This document shows positions 25,501 through 36,800 of a stretch of 64,000 nt of DNA, piece after piece; the stretch's first letter is position 1, and each line of letters begins with the position of its first letter. The notes beneath the pieces are model-generated. The model searched no databases. It was not told the origin of the DNA and saw only the letters and a program-made list of their open reading frames with translations. This DNA is from Phoronis australis (Eukaryota > Animalia > Phoronida): contig NMRA01000802.1 in the NCBI GenBank assembly GCA_002633005.1, positions 38,740-102,739 on the forward strand. The letters run 5' to 3'. The position numbers and the translations under genes were made by a program.

Positions 25501-28227
25501 ATGTTCGTCACCACACTAATAAACCCATCGTGCTGGATGAAAATATTGACGGCATTGACAATCTTTTGAGGTCGCACCAAGAAAGGGCGTGTGATGTAGT
25601 CAATTTGAAGATTGGGAAACTCGGTGGCCTTACCAAGACAAAACAGGTAGACTTGTCACGTCATTGAAATAGTGTCATTAATCGACGACGTTACTAGATC
25701 ATACATGTAGGAGTAATAATTATCAAGTACACCTTATTTTTAGTCTCAAAATGGCCCTCTGAAAACACCTGATGACTGCTCCTCCAGCCGGGCATGGAGA
25801 TGACAGCCGGGTATGGAGATGACAGTCGGGATAGATGGTCTCACATAAGTAACGGTTGGCTAGTTTTCGATTCTATGAAACTCGATCTATGCACACTCTT
25901 ACCATTAGACTAGCTATATGTACTTGCTAAATCATCAACAACATAACAAGAGCAACGCAGAGCGTTGAAATGCGCCCACAATTGCGCCGTATACGGTATC
26001 CTTCTAGGGTTGTTTATTGGTACAATAAAGTGGCCAGTAGAGGGCATATATGTAGTATGTTGTACTTTGCAAAATGGAAAGGCATGGTCATTGTCTCCTC
26101 AATAGGCTAGGTTTCAAAATGTGAGTGATCTTCATAATACAAGCACATCCTATGCATCAGTTGCTTAAAGCACCACAGAAACATAGAATTAAAAACAAAT
26201 TTACCAACATACGAGATTAGCACAGCATTAGAATGCCAGAAACAAATTTCTACTTGGAACTTTTCCTTCATAGTCACGAAGTAACACAAAGTATACACCT
26301 GAAGACCTATGAAAATACAGAGGTCAATGTAAAATACTAAAATTGCCACTAGAGGCAAATACTAAAATTGCCACTAGAGGCATACCGGTAGTCAGAATCA
26401 TCCTAAAGTCGTCATCGTCCGTTGTCAACATCACATAAATACACTTGCTAAATTTAGTAAAGATCCTGCAAACGGTTTGGGAGATACAGCCATGGGCGCA
26501 AAAAAACAAAACTGCCACTAGGAGGCGCCACAGTAGTCCAAATCGTCTGAAAATCATTGTCAGCTGTCTTCCTTATAGTAAGCACATACACGCCAATTTT
26601 CACAATCATCCTTTGAGCGGTTTGGTTGATAGAGGGGTGGACGCAAAAATACAGACTCGAAAACAGTAAAAATGGCCACTAGGTGGCGCAAACTACGTCG
26701 AATCCATCTGAAAACAGTAGGATAGCGTCATCTCACTAATAGGTGCCTACATACCAAATTTCATGAAAATCCGTTCAATACTTTTGAAGATACAAAGGTA
26801 AGCGTAAAAAACTAAAATTGCCACTAGGGGGCACACCGGTAGTCGGATCCGACCAAAAGTCGTCATCTTCCGTTGTTAACATCATATAAATATACTTACA
26901 CAATTTGTAAAGATCCTGCGAACGGTTTAGGAGATACAGCCATAGGCGCAAAAAAACAAAACTGCCACTAGGAGGCGCCACAGTAGTCGAAATCGTCGGA
27001 AAATCATCGTCAACCATCCTCTACATAGTAAGCATATACATGCCAATTTTCACAATCATCCTTTGAGCGGTTTGGTTGATAGAGGGGTGGACGCACAAAA
27101 ACAGACTCGAAAACACTAAAAATGGCCACTAGGTGGCGCAAACTATGTCGAATCCATCTGAAAACGGGAGGATAGCGTCATCTCACTAATAAGTGCCTAC
27201 ACACCAAATTTCATGAAAATCCGTTCAGGACTTTTGAAGATACAAAGGTAAGCGTAAAAAACTAAAATTGCCACTAAGGGGCACACCGGTAGTGGGATCC
27301 GTCCGAAAGTTCGCACATGCCGTCCCATTCATGAATGGAACATATGTGCCAAATTTCATGAACATATGTCAAAGGGTTTTGGAGATAGAGCAGCGGACGC
27401 CGGACGGACGCCGCCCGTACGGACGGACGGAGATGACGACATAATGCGTCCACATATAAATATGTGGGCGCATAAAAATAAGGATGCTTTTTTGATAATC
27501 TCTTAGTGAACTAGAAATGACCTCGACAAACGAGCAAGGCTAAAATGAGTTGTAAATAATGGGTCGGCCCATTATCTTAAATTTGGCACGGTAAGAAACC
27601 TCATTTGATTATGATATTGTCACAATTAGCGAAAGAAATGGTAAAAACGCTGTACGGCTAATTTCTTGCATTAGTTCTACTTATGCGTCTGGTTGCTTTT
27701 TGCTTTTGTACCAACCAGGCACGTGATCTTTGTGTGAACCTTGGTTTGGCCATGACCTTGGAAGATACGTGGGGGGGCGACATAGTGACGGCGGCCATCG
27801 CTCATCTAGCTCACAGCACACCTGAAAAGTTCAGGTTCAGTGCCACAGACTTCAACAGTTATAACCTGGTAAGTATTTTTGACGTTCATAATTGATTCAT
27901 ACTAAGTACACGTGAAGTCGGTGCAAGTTGCTCAGGGCCTTTGTGCTTGTGAACAAGTGCCTTTAAGGAGAAGGGTTGGCATTCAAGCTTTCAGGTCTCA
28001 CCAGGTTACATTCAAAACCCATCAAGTTTTCAAAAACTGTATGTAAATTTACGATTGCAAAAGAATTTTGAAAAGAAATTAAACAATAGTTTTTGGTTCC
28101 ATTACAGGAAAAGAATGCCACTGGTGCACCAGAAAGAGTAAATGGTGCAATGCAAGCATCCAACGCGCCAGGTCTCGGCATCGCACCTATTCCAAACGTC
28201 CTTGGTGATCCAGTCTTCACTGTCTAA
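19394..28227 (+). CDS. Enolase-superfamily (MR/MLE subgroup) enzyme, cis-3-hydroxy-L-proline dehydratase-like; 7 exons, 366 aa
   Basis: Exons 19394-19540, 21539-21736, 22585-22728, 23494-23610, 25422-25646, 27719-27868, 28108-28227. All introns are GT-AG and phase 0, and the exons join into one open frame. Catalytic-type motifs FQLK, VDAN, IEQP, LDE, NLKI, EDTWGG and GLG are present. AATAAA at ~28494 and ~28554. Confidence 0.92.
20903..21160 (+). repeat. Dispersed repeat also present at ~17045-17310 and ~17676-17940
   Basis: Shared gattagagcaattatc(g/a)aacaaaagag...ctccaaccat...cagaatggagttaat...ttgttgttgggcta... Confidence 0.7.
21539..21736 (+). CDS. cis-3-hydroxy-L-proline dehydratase-like, exon 2
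   Basis: tag|[19 protein letters not shown]...[19 protein letters not shown]|gt. Confidence 0.92.
22585..22728 (+). CDS. cis-3-hydroxy-L-proline dehydratase-like, exon 3
   Basis: aag|[26 protein letters not shown]...GYTMFQ|gt. Confidence 0.9.
23494..23610 (+). CDS. cis-3-hydroxy-L-proline dehydratase-like, exon 4
   Basis: cag|[39 protein letters not shown]|gt. Confidence 0.92.
25422..25646 (+). CDS. cis-3-hydroxy-L-proline dehydratase-like, exon 5
   Basis: tag|[19 protein letters not shown]...VLDENID...[15 protein letters not shown]|gt. Confidence 0.92.
25945..27478 (-). mobile_element. Non-autonomous Helentron-type (HINE/DINE-1-like) element with internal 450-bp higher-order tandem repeat
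   Basis: One end has aacaagag + hairpin caacgc-aga-gcgttg + subterminal atgcgcccaca. The other end has a (GGAC)n-like microsatellite and stem-loop atgcgtccacatat-aa-atatgtgggcgcat followed by an A run. Internal monomers are 144/161/145 bp. Confidence 0.8.
27719..27868 (+). CDS. cis-3-hydroxy-L-proline dehydratase-like, exon 6
   Basis: cag|ARDLC...[36 protein letters not shown]|gtaagt. Confidence 0.92.
28108..28227 (+). CDS. cis-3-hydroxy-L-proline dehydratase-like, exon 7 (terminal)
   Basis: cag|[39 protein letters not shown]. Confidence 0.9.
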   Translation, partial: EKNATGAPERVNGAMQASNAPGLGIAPIPNVLGDPVFTV

Positions 28228-30744
28228 CTGCTGATGCATGAAGAAAGATCGCAAGTGAAAGTGCGCTTACCACCTTTAAAAGTGCGCTTATCATCTTTAA
28301 AAGTGAGTTATTTTACATTTGAAAGGCTTGGCTGGATCACGACACTGCTTTGTCCGGACACGAGACTCACGTGAACTGCGCCGCATGAAAAGACTGGCAG
28401 AAACTATTCTCGCTGACACAAGTCCAGTGCAGCAGCAAAAATAATGGTCGGTAATATTCCAAACAAAATGTTCCCCTTATTCAGTTAACAGCCAATAAAG
28501 CGATCTGCTTCATGAAGTTCGTTTATGTTTGGCTGACCTAATGGATGACTGGGAATAAAGCGACATGACACTGATTTGTCTGCTAAGCATTGAATTCTGT
28601 TTCTAATGGAAAGGCAGTTTCCACCTGGAAACGAGGATGTAAAGGTACAAAGCATCTTGATATCTGGTGACGAACAAAAGATAATTATACGTTATTAATT
28701 GCGCACATATTTCAATAATACATTCAACTCACTTTCAGCACAAAATGCATGTATTGTATTACCACAAAATTTATACAATATCAAACGTACATGGTACATG
28801 TGAAACCGACTAAAAAGTATTAACAAGTATTAAGTTTTCAATCAATATTAGTTTGCCATGCGGAAACAAGTTTGCTTCATCAACAAATGCACCAGCAGCA
28901 GGTGCAGACCTAAGGCCATAATTAGGGAGATTTCTGACAATGCATACCCACCAGATGCCTTTTGGAATTCAGCACCACTGCACGTGAGTGACCAATTAGG
29001 AAGTGGTATGGCTGGTCCAGACGGCCAATAGACATTTGAATACAGGCCTTAGTGAAAAGGCAAGAAGTAAATATTGCCTGAATAAATGTTTGTACATTAA
29101 TTTTGCAAATAAGAATCACAATCCAGTCAATAATTTAAAGGTGAAACACTTGACATAAAAACAAAAGATTATTCTGTGATACTAAACATGAAAGGAACAA
29201 AAACAACAGGGAATTACAGTTCTATTTTTTGAAACACAGCTTATTATTTCAAATTATTGCATCAATAAATATCGTTTTCAAAACTAAGGATACTTAGCCT
29301 CTTAAAATGATACAATGCACATAAAACACATCGACAGCATTAGCCATTCAATCAAGTTTGCACACGTTGTGGTAGTAGAGACCTGAGAAACTACTAACAC
29401 CATGTTCAGAAGGCATCGCTACTCATTTACAATCCATGAAGCTGTGCCACAAACTGGACAAAATCATCCTAGGAGTTATTCTGTGGGTAAAAACATAGAC
29501 TACCAACTGTTTGCCTATAACATAAAGTGGCATCAAATTTTCCATAAAAATAAGCTATGATTAACAGAAAAAATAAAATAAAACACCGCTGTTAAAATAT
29601 GTTTGTTTCCTTCTCGCACCACCCTCACTACTCTCCAATGGCTACAGTGGCTTTCGAACTAAACTGGACAGACTTGAAGAGAATTATGTCACACTCCACC
29701 CAAACTTGTGTATTAAACATCTTGCCAGAAATACTTGGTAGTTAAATCGCAATGAAGCGTCATTTATGTAAAGCTTCAGTCTGAATTTAATGTCACATCA
29801 CTGCACTTAGACACAAATTATTCATTTCTAATAGGACTTGTAATGCAAATTGTTGTAATTTTGACAAAGTGAATGCAGGACTTGAAATGTGCCCTAATTG
29901 AAAAAAATGCACATTTAGTGACAGTTTTGTCAAATTTGAAAAAAATGATGCTGTGTAGTTAATTTCAAAAACTACTGTATGTCATCAGGAGAAATACTTT
30001 TTTTATTTTTCCACTTTTCTTAATGCGGGGCACACTCATTTTTGTTCAAACAAATAATTATGTGATATTTATAACAGAATTTTTTATCATCACAAATAAA
30101 ATATTCTGAAGCCCTCATATATTTCACGGTAGGTCACGTGAGACAAAACCAACTAATAAGTTCAATTTAGGTTTAATACAAAATTGAACCCACAGGAAAA
30201 CACATCAACAAACTGTGAAATAAAACAGCAAAAAGCCCCCTAGCATAAGGTAGATAATCTGTGTTTCCAGCGGCTCACTATCATCCAAAATTACAGTACA
30301 TGTGGGGAACAGCCAAACTGAAAATCATCACAGGGGTGCAGTATGATTGATATAGTTTTTAAAAATTTTAGGCCACAAAATGTTTTTTGACAAAAAAGGA
30401 CAAGAAAGAAATGATGCATTGGCGCCCTACCCAACTTCGCAAGTTTTGGCGTCACCATTGCGGCTCATTGGGCAACAATAAAATTTTACTAGCAAAACTA
30501 AATGTTATTAAGAAGGGATTAGAATGAATATGGCAACTGCATGCAACAGTGGGACAGTGACGTCATGATGCACAGCATTGTGGGTACTGCTGAATCAGAC
30601 AGCAAAGTGGTATTACGATATAGGGCTATTATTACTGCAGCATTAGACACATTAAGTAAATTCAACTTTCTCAAATAAGTTAAGGAGATTACATTTAGTA
30701 TCAAAAGTTCGTGTTCCTCAAGACTCCACTTTCTGTGACTTGCC

Positions 30745-30845
30745 TTATGTTGTACCAGTTTTGATTATCTTGAACAATGCGCTCACATTGTTGGCTTTGA
30801 TAGCGGCACGACAGGAATTCACCACTTGTGTTTTTGGCTTCCCAA
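30745..30845 (-). CDS. BBS2: BBS2 coding exon 22 (terminal)
   Basis: [33 protein letters not shown]. Confidence 0.93.
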
Positions 30846-33800
30846 CTGAAAGCCAAAACGAGTCAAAATCATATTGCAACTACAAAATTAACTAGACGAC
30901 GTACCTTTAATATCTAATATCTGTATATCAGATTACAGAACCTCACCTGTATACCTGACCACCAATTCCAAGCATACAAACTCACAGAAGCTTTGCTTAC
31001 AACCAAACATTAGGAAAACTGCTCCAAAGGACCCAGGTTTTGATTCTACATTCAGTTCCAATGAAGAGATATAATCTAATCCCTGTTAAACACAGTCTGT
31101 ACACAGGTCGTATTATGTTTTTGCTCAATGAAAGAGAATACAGAACCAAGATGAGGGCCTTTTGTCAGGCTGTGTCAATCACTTTCCATCATTCAATGTA
31201 TAGTCAATACCTGCCAGGACAACACTAAGACAGAAAATGTGTTTCCAAAATAACCTGGAATCTGAACTTTGACTTAATGCAACATGAAAACGGTTGCATT
31301 CCACTTTGAAATTTGCAATTCTAGTGTCAAGCAAAAATTTGATGGTCGTGGCCTTCGTAAAACAATTCCTAGTCAATCCACTCCGACTGCACACACTATA
31401 CCTGTGTTCTTATAGTGCGTCCCTAAATAGTCAGACAAAGCACCGTTTTCCCACCAAAACCGGTAGACATGGCAGTTCATTCTACATTACTCTGTTGGTG
31501 AATTCTCATCCCACTTAGCTGTCATGATGAGGAACTCTTATCCACATCAACCCAGTCCACCCAATAAAAGTGAACAACGCTATGCACATCACTTCACAGT
31601 CAAGACACTCTGTCTAAATAGTAATCAACGCTTAATGAATGACGTTACCTCTTAATCTGCCAGCTCTCTGTATACACTGGTTCACAATCTTCAAACAGTT
31701 GAGAAGCTCGTTGTGGTTAGAGCAACGAATCTTGTACCCGTTGATCAAATCGCGGTTCAGATCATACAACTCCATATATCCCTTACGCATGTTTTTGCTG
31801 AAAGAAATGCTAACCATCAGTAGGGCTATTTGTGGGACCATGCTAAAAAGGGTGTACTAGGTGGCCCGATGCCTTTTGCGGTACATCAGGCGTGTTTAGG
31901 CCACAAGGCCGAGCCCATTACACCGATACTACATGTACATGTAGGTCAGTTTCAGTAAAAAATGTCTGTGTAAATGTTGGGAGTGCACGCATGGAAACTA
32001 AATAGCATATGTTCGTGAGGTTAAGAGAGATCACCTATAACGAGCAACTTCAGCCACTTCAGTATATATATCTGAAATTATTTGAAATCGTTTTGTGATC
32101 AGACTGGAAGTGTGGACTCTGTTGACAATTAGTGTACAAGACAAAGGTATTCAGACAAAATGATCCAGGAATTCCACCATCATGGCGACTGGGCAGAAGC
32201 CGATTTCATCATTAGAGTAGTGTTCCGTCTGACGGAGAGAATGTTCAGTAAAGTAATAGTCATATGAAATTGTCCAAATTTTGAGAACAGTTTCCTCCAT
32301 TGAATAACAGGCATCAAACTGTTTTTCAAAACACGGGCACCTTATATCTACATGTACCTATTGCCTGCACTAAGGTTGCCAAATCATCCTGCTACTAGAA
32401 TTTTGCACTCATGATACTTGTCACCAGCCATTTTGTCAGATAACTCTTGTCTTGTATGGTACATTTCTGATCATGTTATGCTTAATACAATCTGTAATTA
32501 TAGGAGCTTAAAGAGAACGAGCAATGCGTTACTTTTTACCTTCTTTCTCTCACTCGCAAATTTTCGACAAAGTGATGCAAACTACTGTAGAAGGCAACAG
32601 AGCAATGAGTTAGATTTACAGATAGATTGATATACGGTCACTTCTCTAACAGTTCGTGCACTCTGATAGTCTGTACACCTCCCTTGAAACATGGCATTTC
32701 TCACAAGTTTGTACAGTAGGTGTCCCAGGAAAAAATAGTTCATACACTGGTTAGTGTGGGAAAAATAATGCGTACATGCCTTTTGGATTAGGTAAAATTA
32801 CAATTGGTGTACCAATATAATGAACACAAATCAAGAAGTGCCAACTACTTACTGGGTTATCGGAATCCATGGTTTGCTATTTTACTACGCTAGTATAGAG
32901 CTCAAAAAGTTGCTTTTCAGATCGCCATTTTTGGCGACAGCGAATGCGGAAATGGCGTACATATATCAGTAATCAGTTTCAATTCAAATTTTACTGCTAC
33001 TTCAAATAACAAGCGTGTACATGTAACTTACAGATCACCCATCATTCGTGCATCTTCTGCTCGGACCACCAAACTTCTGATCAAGTTGGAATGATCAGCC
33101 ATCTCTGCGGTTAGCTTTTGTCGAACAGAATGATATTCATCAACCTAAAACAGTTTGGAATTTTGGAATGTAAATTTGCCACAGATTGAAATCACAGTAT
33201 GAAGTACTTTCAACCCATGCCTAATTGTGTTCTCTCCACTATGCCAGACTTCCTATTGCTGACANAAAACCCCGGAGTGAGAGCTCTTCGCGGTGTAACA
33301 ACTCAATCACTATCCCATCATCATGGGCACGTGATAGGAGTACCGTGGAGAATTTTAAAAACGCAAAAAGATGCAGTACTGCGTATCACAAACAAAAAAC
33401 AATTATGGGCGAAGAGTGTCAAAAATAGCTGCGTTTACAAAATGACTACAGAGTTGTATTGACCAGGAAGCAGCCAATCTAATGCAGCTTGTTAACGTCA
33501 CGATTGAAATTAAAGGTCAAATGTAAAGAAAGCATTCACGTCTTTTAACCAAAACTTGTAGCACTGTCCATAATTCAATAATATTACCACTGGCCTTCAA
33601 CCTTCGAATTATTGGTGTTACACCACGGATGTAAACTCATGCAACGGAGACAGTGGGACTAGGTTAATATATTTGACCCTGTGCTAAGACGAATATGCAT
33701 CGACACGCAAAGTGGTATCAGCCTGACAACCTATTACGCAACTGCTACTGTAGCCTAAAAATAGCAGCCGACCAGCTGGTCGGCTGATGGCCGGCCGTCG

Positions 33801-36800
33801 ACCAATTTCCGACCGGTCGGCCAAAAATTCGTGATGTGTGCTGTATTGCCTGCACTAAGGTTGCCAAACCATCCTGCTACTAGAATTTTGCACTCATGAT
33901 ACTTGTCACCAGCCATTTTGTCAGATAACTCTTGTCTTGTATGGAAAATTTCTGATCATGTTATGCTTAATACAATCTGTAATTATAGGAGCTTAAAGAG
34001 AACAAGCAATGCTTTACTTTTTCTCTCTTTCTCTCACTCGCAAATTTTCGACAAAGTGATGCAAACTACTGTAGAAGGCAACAGAGCAATGAGTTAGATT
34101 TACAGATAGATTGATATACGGTCACTTCTCTAACAGTTCGTGCACTCTGATAGTCTGTACACTTCCCTTGAAACATGGCATTTCTCACTAGTTTGTACAG
34201 TAGGAGTCCCAGGAAAAAATAGTTCATACACTGGTTAGTGTTGGAAAAAATAATGGGTACATGCCTTTTGGATTAGGTAAAATTACAATTGGTGTACCAA
34301 TATAATGAACACAAATCAAGAAGTGCCAACTACTTAATGGGTTATCGGAATCCATGGTTTGCTATTTTACTACGCTAGTATAGAGCTCCAAAAGTTGCTT
34401 TTCAGATCGCCATTTTTGGCGACAGCGAATGTGGAAATGGCGTACATATATCAGTAATCAGTTTCAATTGAAATTTTACTGCTACTTCAAATAACAAGCG
34501 TGTACATGTAACTTACAGATCACCCATCATTCGTGCATCTTCTGCTCGGACCACCAAACTTCTGATCAAGTTGGAATGATCAGCCATCTCTGCGGTTAGC
34601 TTTTGTCGAACAGAATGATATTCATCAACCTAAAACAGTTTGGAATTTTGGAATGTAAATTTGCCACAGATTGAAATCACAGTATGAAGTACTTTCAACC
34701 CATGCCTAATTGTGTTCTCTCCACTATGCCAGACTTCCTATTGCTGACATTAAGGTTTAGGTAATAGAGCCCCATTGCCAAGTCTGCATATTTCGCCAAA
34801 TATCTAGAAATTATAGATTTTAGTTCAGTAAAAATATATACTTTTTGAAAGTAGAAATTACAGAATTTTATTTTTGTTTTTATACCACTTTACGGGAAAA
34901 GTGAATGTTGCACTGACTGGTCACAGTGGTGATAATTGCAAATGGCCCCTCACCCCAAATACCTAATCATGGTCACAGAATGCACCCCTGCAAATGACAT
35001 CAGAGTCTCACATACCTTGACAAGTGTCAGTCGCAGTGCCTCCATGTCCGTGGGGAAGTCAGCGTTCACTTGAAGTTCATCAATGTTAAGAAATGCTGTC
35101 AGTGCTTGGATGAGCTCGCCTGCCAAATCCATGTCTTCCGTCCGAATACACATCTACAGATAAAGTACAACAGTGATTATTAACTGGGATATAAAGGTAA
35201 ACAACATCACTACCTGTGCACCTACTGTAATCACAGCTGAATATATGAGACAACTTTCAGTGTTAGAGATTTAAACAGTTAATTTACTGGAACCTTCTAG
35301 TTGGGATATTAATGAAAATGTCAGGGCAAATAAGATTTTGACTTTAACGATGTCTTTCTTATCATTTCCTTCACATTTTTTGACATGACTTGAAAGCTAA
35401 CTGCACCAACAATTAGCCACAATGCCCATGACACTGTTCAGAAGAGAACTGAGTTAATCACAATGACCCAACTTATGCATTGGTGCAGAATTATGTATTA
35501 CCTTACACGTAATTTCTACATCTCTAATTCTTGTGCATTTTTCCAGAAGAAGTTATTTTACCGACTAACCTCATTGGACAATCTGATTTATGTAATCTAC
35601 AAGCGTCAATAAATCAGATTTACGTTTTACTAAAAATCTACTTTTTATCACACTTCATTTATTATTATTTACACTGGAATGATATTGATGCCCCCTAGCC
35701 TCTGCAACAGTCTAAGTCATTTGCGCTTCATGAAAGGTGGAGCTGCTTCAACTCAAGCAAAAGCACCTAAGCTGAATGGAAAGCCCACCCATGCCGTGGT
35801 TCTCTGCTACCATGATAGCCAGTAGCCCCACTTTGCCAATCCTTACAATCATTCAGTAAGACTTTCCATTAAGGACAATGGAAATAACACGGAAAGCTTA
35901 CACTTGTCTGATACTTACAGGCCTCCTGTATGCAACGCATAAAATGACAGCAAAATAACGATTGGCTCAATTTGAAAATAGATTTTTAAAGTACTGATGA
36001 CACTTGAGCATTTTCTCATTAGGTTATTTTTGAGTGCTAGACAGTGTATAGGAGCACTTTCCATTACCCAGTTAGAAAGCTATTTCTTATTATGTGACTG
36101 GAAAATTCAAGAAAAAATGAATCACGCATTTTACAAATTCACTGGCACTGGCAAGATTTTGTTTAGAACTCTTAATAGGCATTGGTTGAGCATGAGCATT
36201 CCAAATTTTATAACGTCTGTGACGAAAGAATAGAGACGGAACTAATACATAGCGAACATCCACTTCTCGCATTTTTATGTGTTGCAATAAACTGTGCTTT
36301 CGCCCGCAATAAAGGGTTTTTAAAACTATTAAATGAAGCCTACCTGTCCGTTTATCTCCATCCTCAGCACCAAGTAAGTGCCGTCTCTCAGCGACATGAA
36401 AGTGACATCAAGAGCACCCTCAGCCGCCAGATCTTCTTGAAGTAAGAAATTCTGATTGATCCACAGGACAACCTGAAATGAATGCAAACAAATTACTCAA
36501 CAGTTAATTGCTGTCAGTCGACCAGCATTAAAACTTTCTCTGTAACCAAGATTCACTGCCAACCTAGTACACTTGTATTCATCACAGTTTGCTTGCGAAT
36601 ATTACAGGTGAGCAAGATGCACTAAACAGTCTCTCATTGTAAGGTAGTTCAACTGCAGAATGAAGATAAAAAACCTAATAACGACTTTTTGTCCGACCAC
36701 AAAAATGAGTCATCAACCGGTCAAGAAAATAGAAGACCGGTCTGCTAGTTTTATTAGCAGATCATACTGCCAACTGTAGTGCTAACCATGTCAGGTTTTT

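Larger units (their letters stand above)
32359..34749. repeat. 906-bp duplicated block (32359-33264 / 33844-34749), probable haplotype artefact
   Basis: Offset 1485 with only scattered substitutions. Copy 1 ends at the N at 33265; copy 2 is preceded by a transposon end. Confidence 0.85.

Noticed and set aside
19394-28227. Bacterial contamination as the source of the dehydratase-like gene
   Set aside because: It has six canonical spliceosomal introns containing host repeats and is contiguous with BBS2.
33032-34629. Two BBS2 exon-20 copies as mutually exclusive exons
   Set aside because: The exons are identical, the flanking introns are near-identical, and an N marks the junction; a haplotype artefact is more parsimonious.
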